Shown here piece after piece: positions 20,727 through 29,445 of a stretch of 64,000 nucleotides of DNA. Location: positions 43,807 through 107,806 of the forward strand of contig BTQY01000001.1 of the NCBI GenBank assembly GCA_036986115.1, in the 5' to 3' direction. Source of the stretch: Gammaproteobacteria bacterium (GTDB taxonomy: Bacteria > Pseudomonadota > Gammaproteobacteria > BTQY01). The notes below the pieces were generated by a model. The model was not told where the DNA came from and searched no databases. It was given only the letters and a program-made list of their open reading frames with translations. Both the position numbers and the translations under genes were made by a program. Each line of letters begins with the position of its first letter. The first letter of the stretch is position 1.

Positions 20727-22226
20727 TTGAAAGAGATGCTTTTAATATGTTCTCATTGCGAGGCAAGGCAGGAAGTCAAGAAATCTATCGGCAATATCAA
20801 GGTCTTGTGTCAATGCGGGGAAAGACTATCGGTGCCTGCGTCGTTACCAGACTGTCAGGTCATCAGCAGGCAGAAGCAGGATCGGTGTCTCTTGTGCAAC
20901 CGGGGCTTTGACCTGCAAACATTCCGCGAAGATACGGAAATCGCATGTGGCTGCGGAAACCTGTTATTTGTGTCTAAAGATGATGTGTCTGAAGATTCCC
21001 TTGGCAGGCGAAAGACCGATCAGAGTTCCCGGTTATTGGAGAAGGAATTGTTCGGATTAATCGACACGGCCCGCTTAATCCATTCTTCCATCCACCATAT
21101 TGATAAACTTATGGCCTTGATTGTGCAAAAAACCACAGACATGCTTAACGCCGAAGCATGTAGTGCCGTGATGCGTGATAGTAAGAAAAAACACCTCATC
21201 TTTTATGCGATCACAGGCGAAAAATCATCTGAACTGACGACTTTTGAGCTTGCTGAAGACGAGGGAATCGTGGGCAAATCCATTACAACAAAATCTACCA
21301 TAGTTGCAAATAATGTCGGGAATGACCCCCAGTTCTCACATCGGGCGGATGAGGCGACCGGCTTTGTTACTCACTCCGTTTTATGCGTGCCGCTATTGGT
21401 GGACGATAATTGTGTTGGCGCACTGGAAATAGTAAACAAAAGAAACATAGACGGGTTCAGTCAACACGATGTTCTCCTTGCTGAGGGCATAGCCGACCAG
21501 ATTGCCGTTGCGGTCCAGAATGCACAGCTTGCGCAAGCAGCCTTGAAAGCAGAGAGGCGAGCTGCAATTGGTGAAGCCGTTTCCGGAGTCGCCCATTGTT
21601 TAAAGAATATGCTGAATGGTTTGCAGGGCGGCCTGTATGTACTGAAAAGTGATGTGAAAAAAGCAACGGGCGATATTTCTGATCGCGGTTTCGAAATGCT
21701 TGAACGTAACATGAAGCGCTTGACTGATCTGGCTCAGGACATGTTATCATGCTCGAAGGATCGCACGCCGGAATACGAGCAGACGGACATAAACGAAGTG
21801 GTAGACTCTGTGGTTGAATTAATGCGGCAAAGAGCCCAGGAGCAGGGATCGGAGTTACGTTTTACTCCGGATGAAAGCCTGGATGAAATAGCAGTTGATC
21901 CCAAAGGCATTTACAGGTGTATTTTGAATCTTGTGTCAAATGCGCTGGACGCCTGTAAGGAAAAGAGTGGCGTGGTTGTAGATGTCAGCACCGGCACTAT
22001 TAATACTAATGAGATTATCATTCGAATATCTGATCAAGGCTGTGGGATGGATAAAGCTACTCTCAATTCCATTTTCGAGCCGTTTTTCAGTAACAAGGGG
22101 TCGGATGGTACAGGTCTGGGGCTTTCTGTTACACGAAAAATAGTGGAAGAACATAGCGGAAGAATCGGAGTTGATTCTGTAGTAAATAAAGGTACAACCT
22201 TCAGTATTTATTTGCCAGGACAATAG
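20727..22226 (+). CDS. Cytoplasmic sensor histidine kinase with two N-terminal CxxC zinc ribbons and a GAF domain
   Basis: CSHCEAR...CQCGERL and CLLCNRG...CGCGNLL are MJ0042-like zinc ribbons. Central GAF domain. HisKA-type H-box (VAHCLKNMLNGL). HATPase (GTGLGLSV). The start is TTG at 20727 or ATG at 20736. No transmembrane segments. Confidence 0.75.
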   Translation: MKEMLLICSHCEARQEVKKSIGNIKVLCQCGERLSVPASLPDCQVISRQKQDRCLLCNRGFDLQTFREDTEIACGCGNLLFVSKDDVSEDSLGRRKTDQSSRLLEKELFGLIDTARLIHSSIHHIDKLMALIVQKTTDMLNAEACSAVMRDSKKKHLIFYAITGEKSSELTTFELAEDEGIVGKSITTKSTIVANNVGNDPQFSHRADEATGFVTHSVLCVPLLVDDNCVGALEIVNKRNIDGFSQHDVLLAEGIADQIAVAVQNAQLAQAALKAERRAAIGEAVSGVAHCLKNMLNGLQGGLYVLKSDVKKATGDISDRGFEMLERNMKRLTDLAQDMLSCSKDRTPEYEQTDINEVVDSVVELMRQRAQEQGSELRFTPDESLDEIAVDPKGIYRCILNLVSNALDACKEKSGVVVDVSTGTINTNEIIIRISDQGCGMDKATLNSIFEPFFSNKGSDGTGLGLSVTRKIVEEHSGRIGVDSVVNKGTTFSIYLPGQ

Positions 22227-22268
22227 AAAAGAGTGTTTGTACTTTTCCCATAAAACAAGGAGATTATA

Positions 22269-22718
22269 ATGTCCGACACCCGGAAAATTTTATTAGTTGA
22301 CGATAGTGAGGATCAAATACTGTTCGCTTCCCAGATTCTTGAAGACAATGGTTTTCAGTATACAATCGCCCGTGACGGCATTGAGGCTATTGACGCCTTG
22401 CAGAAAGAACGCCCTTCACTGGTGCTGCTGGATATTTTGATGCCCAGGAAGGGGGGGCTAAACGTGCTTAAGAAAATGAGAGAAGACCCCGATCTGACCT
22501 CCATCCCGGTTATAGTGGTTACCGGTTCCGGCGAAGTTACCGGTGTTGACATGACGACCGGCCAGGAAAAGGCAGCGGAGGACTATGGTGATGACGTGGC
22601 CAGGACATACGGCGAATTCATACACGACAAACTGGAAGGCTTTAAGCCAGATGCACTTATTGAAAAACCTGTAGACCCATCTGTCCTGATCGCCAAGATA
22701 AATGAACTGTTGCCTTGA
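22269..22718 (+). CDS. Stand-alone CheY-like receiver, probable partner of the upstream kinase
   Basis: Ribosome-binding site AAGGAGA upstream. Receiver pattern LLVDDSEDQ...LLDILMPRKGG...EKP. No output domain. Confidence 0.8.
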   Translation: MSDTRKILLVDDSEDQILFASQILEDNGFQYTIARDGIEAIDALQKERPSLVLLDILMPRKGGLNVLKKMREDPDLTSIPVIVVTGSGEVTGVDMTTGQEKAAEDYGDDVARTYGEFIHDKLEGFKPDALIEKPVDPSVLIAKINELLP

Positions 22719-22792
22719 GAATGGAATCGATGAGATCAGAGTCTGAGGGATCCCCTCGAAATTTCCATACATGATGCTATCAATCAAATACT

Positions 22793-22826
22793 TCGTCATA
22801 CCGGCGTGAACATCGTCATACCGGCG
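22793..22826 (+). promoter_or_regulatory. 14-bp direct repeat TCGTCATACCGGCG, two copies spaced 20 bp, upstream of the czc island
   Basis: Copies at 22793-22806 and 22813-22826. Two helical turns apart, like direct-repeat binding sites for response regulators. Sits in the approximately 500-bp AT-richer spacer before czcC. Confidence 0.3.
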
Positions 22827-23227
22827 AAGGCCGGTATCCAGAGAACCCTCTATGTATCGTCAATTATCAAGATTCTTCGTCACTATTAAATTGGCTTTAG
22901 TCGTTGCACTAAATTCAATTTTGGTAATGGTAAGCAGCGTTTCATTTGCAGCTGATACGAAAACACAACCCCATAAAGAGCGGCATAGCTACGCTGGGCG
23001 CTGCGAGTGGTCTTAACAACAGCTCTCTGACGCTAACAAGTCCGCGAGCCACTAAATCATTACAGCAACACAACAAAAGGAGATAAAGAAATTCTGGGGA
23101 AATGTGCCTGTCATTAAACGGGTGCTATAATTGAAATGTCTCTCTTAGCTTCTAGGTTATTGTGTGTCATATCTTTTGACGGTTTACAGCCTCAACTATA
23201 AATCAGCCATTTGGAGACTTTAAGATT

Positions 23228-24520
23228 ATGGATATGCATTTCATACGGGGGTTGTCATACGTCCGACCGTTGGGAACCCTCATATCGCTATTCGTTTTTG
23301 CCATCGGCATGGCCATGGCGCAAGGCGACCCTACAGCTACGTCGCCGAGCCCGGTGTTGCTGAATCTGGTTCGCGAGACACTGAACAAGAATCCCGGTGT
23401 GCAGGCGGCGCGGGCCGCGGTGGCCGCGGCCGAGGCCAGGGTCCGTGGCGCGGACCGGCCGCTCTACAATCCGCAACTGGAGCTGGGTGCCGAGCAGGCC
23501 GAAACCCGCACCGGCAGCCTGGGCTTGAGTCAGGCTATCGACTGGGCGGACAAGCGCGGCGCCCGTACCGATGTGGCGGACGCTGAGCTTGGCGCAGTGA
23601 GGGCAGAGTATGCGACCGTGCGCCAACGACTGGGCGGCGAATTACTCACGTCGCTGGGCCGCTATCACACGGCGCAATCTATGCAGCAGCTGGCGCAGCA
23701 ACGCGCGGAGTTGATGCGGCGTTTCCTCAATCTGGCCGAAAAACGCAACCAGGCCGGCGATTTGAGCCAGATCGAACTGAATCTGGCGCGTCTCGCGCGT
23801 ACCCAGGCCATATTACAGCTATCCCAGACAGCCTCGGACCTGGCCGCGACCGGGCAGGCCCTGGCTGCCGTCACCGGCGAGCTACGTCGCGACTGGCCCG
23901 CGCTGCCCACGGATTTGCCGGAGTTACAGGTCATTGATGCAGAATCCATACTCACTAATTTGCCCGAACTACGCGCCTCGCGAGCCCGGACCAGGGCTGC
24001 ACGGTCCGCGGTAACCCTGCGAACCCGCGAGCGTCGACCGGATCCCACCATTGGTGTGCGCGCTGGGCAAGAGCGATCTTTTCGTAACGGTAACAACGAT
24101 GCGTATGGCATGGCAGGTTTGACCCTGAGTATCCCTTTGTACGTGCGCAACAGCTTCCGTGCTGAAGTAGAAGTCGCCGGCGCTGAACTGACACAGGCCG
24201 AACAGTCTCTGCAGGATCGCTACCGCCGAGCACGGGCACGCCTGCTGTTGGCCGCCGATCGTTACCGGCTCAGCCGCAGCGCATGGGGGGCATGGCTGCG
24301 TACCGGCCAGTCCAGCCTCGGCGATCAAGTGTTGCTGCTGGAACGCATCTGGCGATCCGGGGAAATGAGTACGGCCGATTATTTAATGCAGCTCAATCAG
24401 ACACTCGATGTTCGCATCAATGCCCTGGACGTGCAGGGCCGCTTATGGATGGCCTGGGCCGACTGGCTGGTGGCCAGTGGCCAGCTGGACGCCTGGCTCG
24501 GTCAGGTCCAACAGCGGTGA
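23228..24520 (+). CDS. czcC: Outer-membrane efflux factor of a heavy-metal RND system (CzcC/TolC family)
   Basis: Signal peptide. Ala/Leu-rich coiled-coil repeats typical of outer membrane factors. First gene of the GC-rich island. Confidence 0.8.
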   Translation: MDMHFIRGLSYVRPLGTLISLFVFAIGMAMAQGDPTATSPSPVLLNLVRETLNKNPGVQAARAAVAAAEARVRGADRPLYNPQLELGAEQAETRTGSLGLSQAIDWADKRGARTDVADAELGAVRAEYATVRQRLGGELLTSLGRYHTAQSMQQLAQQRAELMRRFLNLAEKRNQAGDLSQIELNLARLARTQAILQLSQTASDLAATGQALAAVTGELRRDWPALPTDLPELQVIDAESILTNLPELRASRARTRAARSAVTLRTRERRPDPTIGVRAGQERSFRNGNNDAYGMAGLTLSIPLYVRNSFRAEVEVAGAELTQAEQSLQDRYRRARARLLLAADRYRLSRSAWGAWLRTGQSSLGDQVLLLERIWRSGEMSTADYLMQLNQTLDVRINALDVQGRLWMAWADWLVASGQLDAWLGQVQQR

Positions 24521-24564
24521 AGCTTGCAGCCATTCAATATCGTCAATTTCTGGATATTCAAATC

Positions 24565-25713
24565 ATGAAAAACTCTGTTATCGGAACACTGTTTTTATCC
24601 CTCGCACTGTTGGGGTCGGGCCTGCCGGGCTGGGCCCAAGCGGCCGGGGACCAAGCCCTGCAAGTTACCGGGGGCACAGGACACAAGAAAGAGAGCGCGC
24701 TAAAGATGACACCGGCCGAGCGCCGGGCCCAGGGCATCGAAACCGCACAGGTGACACAGCGGGCACTGAGCGATGTGGTCACTGCGCCAGGCGAAGTGCT
24801 CATGAACGCGTACCGCTCGGCGCAGGTTACCCCCCGAGTCAGTGCCCAGATCGTTGCCCGTCACGCCCGGTTGGGCGAGGCCGTCAAGCAGGGTCAACCG
24901 CTGGTGACGCTGTCCAGCGTCGAAGTCTCCAGGGCACAGGGCAATCTGGTCGAGTCTGATCGCGAGTGGCGCCGGGTCAAAAAGCTCGGGCTTAATGTGG
25001 TGTCGGCAAAACGTTATGTGGCGGCACAAGTGGCGCGCCAGCGAGCTTATGCGGCGGTGCGCGCCTATGGCATGACCAAGGCACAGATCGGCAAACTGTT
25101 GCAGGGCGCTGACGCATCGCGTGCAACCGGCGAGTTTGGTTTGTTTGCACCGCAAGACGGTATTGTCATCAGCGATGCCTTTGTGATCGGTGAATTTGTC
25201 ACCCCTGGTCGTGTGCTGTTTGAGGTCGCGGACGTCACGGCACCCTGGGTGGAGGCGCAACTCAGTCCGCGGGATGCGGCCAGTATCGTTGTCGGTGCGC
25301 CAGCGCGTGTCAGTCGTGATAGCCACGATGGCCAACAGTGGTTCGATGGCAAAGTGGTGCAGTTGTATTATCGCCTGGACGTTGCCACCCGTACTCGTTC
25401 TGTCCGTATTGAAGTAATTAATAGCGACGTCGTTATGCCAGCGGGCGCGTATGTCGATGTTGAGGTACAAATCTCCTCTTCTACGCCGCAACTCGCGGTA
25501 CCTCGGGAGGCCCTGATCTTGATGCAGGGATCGCAAACAGTATTCAAGGTTATAGGCGATGAACTGTATCCGCAACCTGTCGAAATCGGGGTGATCCATG
25601 CCGACTGGACCGAAATCAAAGCCGGTCTTGCCGAGGGCGACGAGATCGTCGTCAAGGGCGCCTTTCTGCTGAAATCGCTGCTGCTCAAATCACAGATTGG
25701 CGAAGGCCACTGA
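24565..25713 (+). CDS. czcB: RND periplasmic adaptor / membrane fusion protein (CzcB/HlyD family)
   Basis: ATG at 24565 (MKNSVIGTLFLSLALLG, signal peptide), inside a longer reported ORF. Beta-barrel and lipoyl-like adaptor motifs. Confidence 0.8.
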   Translation: MKNSVIGTLFLSLALLGSGLPGWAQAAGDQALQVTGGTGHKKESALKMTPAERRAQGIETAQVTQRALSDVVTAPGEVLMNAYRSAQVTPRVSAQIVARHARLGEAVKQGQPLVTLSSVEVSRAQGNLVESDREWRRVKKLGLNVVSAKRYVAAQVARQRAYAAVRAYGMTKAQIGKLLQGADASRATGEFGLFAPQDGIVISDAFVIGEFVTPGRVLFEVADVTAPWVEAQLSPRDAASIVVGAPARVSRDSHDGQQWFDGKVVQLYYRLDVATRTRSVRIEVINSDVVMPAGAYVDVEVQISSSTPQLAVPREALILMQGSQTVFKVIGDELYPQPVEIGVIHADWTEIKAGLAEGDEIVVKGAFLLKSLLLKSQIGEGH

Positions 25714-25731
25714 CACTAAGGAATATGAATC

Positions 25732-28700
25732 ATGCTGAATAGTCTGGTTGAAGCGTCGTTACGCTATAAATTCCTGGTGATTATCATCTTCCTTGTGGTG
25801 GGGTTTATGGGCCTGCGAGCGGTTACGACAATTCCGATCGACGCTTTTCCAGACGTGACACCGATACAGGTCAACATCTATACCGAGTCACCGGGTCTTG
25901 CCGCCGAAGACGTGGAACAGCTGCTGACCTTTCCAGTGGAGTCCGGTATGGCCGGACTGCCCGGGGTGACGGTAATCCGCTCCGTGAGCCTGTTCGGTCT
26001 GTCCTACGTGTCTGTGTATTTCGAAGACAGTATGGATATCTATTTTGCCCGTCGGCTGGTGATGGAACGATTGGCCGAAGTCAGTAATCGAATGCCACAA
26101 GAGTATGGCCGACCGGAGATGGGACCCAATTCATCGGGCCTGGGCCAGGTGTTCTGGTACACGGTGGAACGCGCTGACGATAAGCTCAAAGCGGGTATTA
26201 CTGACATGGATCTGCGTACCCTGCAGGACTGGACGGTGCGGCTAATTCTACGCACCGCACCGGGTGTGGATGATGTGATTTCGTGGGGTGGACAGGAACG
26301 CCAGTTCCAGGTGGTCATTGATCCCCTGCACCTGATCAAATACGGGCTCGGTTACAAAGACGTTATGGGCGTCATCCAGGCGAACAACCGCCAGGTGGGC
26401 GGCCAGTACATCAACCTGGGTCCCGAGCAATATCTGGTGCGCGGACTGGGACTGGTGGCTAACGAGCGCGATATCGGTACTATCATGATCAAGGTGGTCA
26501 ATGGCACGCCCGTATACCTGCGCGATGTCGCGACTATCAAACAGGCACCGGCGCTGCGTTTCGGGGCCGTGACCCGTGATGGCAAGGAAGTGGTGCTGGG
26601 TATGGCGTTATCGCGCATTGGCACCAATGCCGCCGCCGTAGTCGATGCGGTCAAGAAAAAGATGATCATCGCACAGTCTGCCTTACCCGAAAACGTGGCG
26701 CTTAATCCTGTCTATGAACGTACCGAATTGGTGGAGAAGGCAGTGTCTACTGCCGAGCGAGCGCTGATCGAGGGCTCCATCCTGGTGGCAATCGTGCTGT
26801 TCTTGTTCCTTGGCGAACTGCGCTCGGCTATTGTGGTGATCACCGCCCTGCCGTTGGCGATGCTGATCGCTTTCATCTTCATGAAAGAGGCTGGTCTGTC
26901 GGCCAACCTGATGTCATTGGCGGGTCTGGCTATCGGCATCGGTATGATGGTGGATGGGGCAGTGGTGATGACCGAAAACGCCTTTCGCATCATGGCCGAG
27001 TGGCGTGAAAAGGGCGAGAAGGTCAATCGTACCGCCGCCGTATTGACTGCGGCACGTGAAGTGGCCAACCCCATTACCTTCGCCATCATTATTATCATCG
27101 TCGTGTTCCTGCCCCTGTTTAGCCTGCAGGGTCTGGAGGGCAAGCTGTTCATGCCCATGGCCTTTAATATCAGTTTCGCCATGGCCGGTTCACTGCTGTT
27201 GACGCTGACGATTATCCCGGTGCTGGCAGCGCTAATCCTCAAACCCAAAGAAGAACGGGACACGTTACTGGTGCGCTGGATCAAGCGGGGTTATTTGCCC
27301 ATGCTGGCCTGGTCGCTGGCGAACAAAAGGACCGTTATGATCGCCGCGGTTACGCTATTAGTGGGGAGTCTGGCGCTTTTTCCTTTGCTGGGCAAGGAGT
27401 TCATGCCCACGCTGCAGGAAGGCTCGATCATGTGGCGCGTGAGTTTGATACCTTCAACCTCGCTGGAAACGTCTATCGAGATCTCCAAGAAAATCGAGAC
27501 GACACTCGCGGAGTTTCCGGAAGTGGAAACCAGCATCGCCATGATCGGGCGATCGGAAAAAGGCGAGATCGCCGATGTCAACTACATGGAAATCTACACG
27601 GGGCTCAAACCAAAGGATGAGCGAACCCGCTCCATTGAGGAATTAGCCGACGCGATGCGCGAACAACTGGAGAAAGCCGTGCCTACCGCCGTCATTTCGC
27701 TTACCCAGCCCATTCAAATGCGCGTCGAGGATCTAATCTCTGGCGTGCGCGCCACGTTGGCCGCCAAGCTCTACGGTGAGGATTTGGCTGAACTCGATCG
27801 CTTGAGTAGTGAGATCAAGAATGCAATCGCCAGCGTGCCCGGGGTGGCGGATCTGTCGTTGGAAGCAAATCTCGGTAAACCCCAGATCCGCATTAAGGTC
27901 AACCGCGAGGCACTCGCTCGACTCGGTCTAAACGCGGACGACGTGCTCACGGTGGTAAGAACCGGCATCGGCAACCAACCGGTCTCCACCTTAATCGATG
28001 GCGTTAAACGCTTCGATATCACGGCGCGCCTGAGTAATGCGTCCAAGAATTCCGTGGAAGCAATCCGCAATATCCCGTTACGCTCGGCTCACGGTGTGAT
28101 CGTGCCGCTGGCGCGGGTCGCCGAGGTGACCACGGCGGAAGGCTACTCCTTCGTGCGCCGCGAGCAGTTGCAGCGCTATGCGGTTATTCAGATGGATGTA
28201 CGCGGCCGCGATGTGGATGGCTTCGTCAAAGATGCCAACGCGGCCATCGCGCAACAGGTGAAGCTGCCGCCTGGCTACTGGATCGAGTGGGGCGGCGCCT
28301 TCGAGAACCAGCAGCGCGCGTTGCAGCGGTTGTCGATCATTGTGCCGTTGACGATCTTTTTCATCTTCGTGCTGCTCTACACCGCCTTCAATTCGGTGAA
28401 ATATGCGACCCTGATTATCGCCAACGTCCCTTTCGCTACCATTGGCGGACTGGTATCGCTGTGGATCTCCGGGCAGTATCTGTCGGTGCCTTCGGCCATC
28501 GGTTTCATTGCGGTGTTCGGTGTGGCCATGCTCAACGGCATCGTGCTGGTGAGCTTCATCAACGAGCTGCGCGAAAAGGGTCTGTCCGTCGGCGAGGCGG
28601 TGCGCCAGGGCGCGGAGCTCAGACTGCGCCCGGTGATGATGACCGCCAGCGTGGCCATTCTCGGATTGATTCCCATGCTGCTGTCCAGTGGTGTGGGTGC

Positions 28701-28824
28701 TGAAACCCAACGACCGCTCGCCTCGGTGGTGGTCGGCGGCCTCATTACCTCAACCTTGCTAACACTGGTTCTCTTACCCGTTATCTATGAGTGGATGGAG
28801 ACCCGAAAGGAGAAACAATCATGA
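25732..28824 (+). CDS. czcA: Heavy-metal efflux RND pump, CzcA/CusA family
   Basis: 1030 aa with 12 transmembrane segments. The N-terminus (...PIDAFPDVTPIQVNIYTESPGLAAEDVEQ...SGMAGLPGV...DIYFARRLV) matches CzcA-type HME-RND. Confidence 0.9.
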   Translation: MLNSLVEASLRYKFLVIIIFLVVGFMGLRAVTTIPIDAFPDVTPIQVNIYTESPGLAAEDVEQLLTFPVESGMAGLPGVTVIRSVSLFGLSYVSVYFEDSMDIYFARRLVMERLAEVSNRMPQEYGRPEMGPNSSGLGQVFWYTVERADDKLKAGITDMDLRTLQDWTVRLILRTAPGVDDVISWGGQERQFQVVIDPLHLIKYGLGYKDVMGVIQANNRQVGGQYINLGPEQYLVRGLGLVANERDIGTIMIKVVNGTPVYLRDVATIKQAPALRFGAVTRDGKEVVLGMALSRIGTNAAAVVDAVKKKMIIAQSALPENVALNPVYERTELVEKAVSTAERALIEGSILVAIVLFLFLGELRSAIVVITALPLAMLIAFIFMKEAGLSANLMSLAGLAIGIGMMVDGAVVMTENAFRIMAEWREKGEKVNRTAAVLTAAREVANPITFAIIIIIVVFLPLFSLQGLEGKLFMPMAFNISFAMAGSLLLTLTIIPVLAALILKPKEERDTLLVRWIKRGYLPMLAWSLANKRTVMIAAVTLLVGSLALFPLLGKEFMPTLQEGSIMWRVSLIPSTSLETSIEISKKIETTLAEFPEVETSIAMIGRSEKGEIADVNYMEIYTGLKPKDERTRSIEELADAMREQLEKAVPTAVISLTQPIQMRVEDLISGVRATLAAKLYGEDLAELDRLSSEIKNAIASVPGVADLSLEANLGKPQIRIKVNREALARLGLNADDVLTVVRTGIGNQPVSTLIDGVKRFDITARLSNASKNSVEAIRNIPLRSAHGVIVPLARVAEVTTAEGYSFVRREQLQRYAVIQMDVRGRDVDGFVKDANAAIAQQVKLPPGYWIEWGGAFENQQRALQRLSIIVPLTIFFIFVLLYTAFNSVKYATLIIANVPFATIGGLVSLWISGQYLSVPSAIGFIAVFGVAMLNGIVLVSFINELREKGLSVGEAVRQGAELRLRPVMMTASVAILGLIPMLLSSGVGAETQRPLASVVVGGLITSTLLTLVLLPVIYEWMETRKEKQS

Positions 28825-29141
28825 AAGAGATCAAAGCCTTCATTCACCGCAACCGGGTAGCGGATATCGTCCGTGCCCTGGGAGCGGCGGGTTTTCGTAA
28901 CCTGTCTGTTATCGATGTCAAGGGGATGCTCAAGGCGCTGGATACGAAAGAGCGGAAATACTCCATCGAAATCGGCAGTGAGGTGATTACCGAGATGAAG
29001 CTGGAACTGGTCTGCGGTGACGATAACCGCACCGCTGAGGCGGTGCGTATCATCCAGAAACATGGTCAAACCGGCCAGTCCGAGGCAGGGTGGATTTATA
29101 TCAGCGAGATTCAGGCGGCATTACCGATCGAAGCACCCTGA
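28821..29141 (+). CDS. PII-like (GlnB/DUF190-like) small protein, translationally coupled to czcA
   Basis: AAGGAG ribosome-binding site. The ATG overlaps the czcA TGA (ATGA). MKEIKAFIHRNRVADIVRALGAAGFRNLSVIDVKG resembles the PII beta-alpha-beta fold. Confidence 0.55.
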   Translation: MKEIKAFIHRNRVADIVRALGAAGFRNLSVIDVKGMLKALDTKERKYSIEIGSEVITEMKLELVCGDDNRTAEAVRIIQKHGQTGQSEAGWIYISEIQAALPIEAP

Positions 29142-29390
29142 GCTCGGGGGCGTGCCCCGACGGGACGCCGCTGACCGGCATCGACACCGGTGGTGGCCTG
29201 TTGGAGAGGCCTGTTACGCGGAGCGTATCACCCTCGCATCTGCCGGGCAGGGGCCGGTATTGCGAAGCTTGCCATTCAGCGGGAAGCCCGGGAGCTTGTC
29301 AATGACGCTGTTATGGACATGATGCACAATTACCTCGTAAAGGCCTGGGCAAATGGAATGGCCAGGATGGAAGATGTGGACAGCCGGAAG

Positions 29391-29416
29391 GCCACCAGGA
29401 ATAAATTCCTGGTGGC
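29391..29416. repeat. Near-perfect 26-bp palindrome between convergent genes
   Basis: GCCACCAGGAAT-AA-ATTCCTGGTGGC. As RNA it would form an 11-bp stem with a 4-nt loop. No flanking U-tract. Confidence 0.5.
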
Positions 29417-29445
29417 TCCCAATTAATCCGGAAAGTTGTATATTG

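Noticed and set aside
24283-24564. Upstream extension of the czcB ORF (annotated start at 24283 overlaps czcC by about 240 bp)
   Set aside because: The extension translation is Arg/Gly-rich with no signal peptide. The internal ATG at 24565 gives a proper signal peptide right after the czcC stop. I chose 24565.
24700-25599. 299-aa minus-strand ORF, plus other long antisense ORFs in the czc island (26712-27284, 28078-28710, 28377-28745)
   Set aside because: High-GC DNA produces long spurious antisense ORFs. All lie inside czcB or czcA, which have clear family signatures. Their translations are Arg/Pro-rich with no motifs.
29190-29426. 78-aa plus-strand ORF downstream of the PII-like gene
   Set aside because: It has no ribosome-binding site. 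It is GC-rich and ends inside the 26-bp palindrome. Probably a non-coding island edge.
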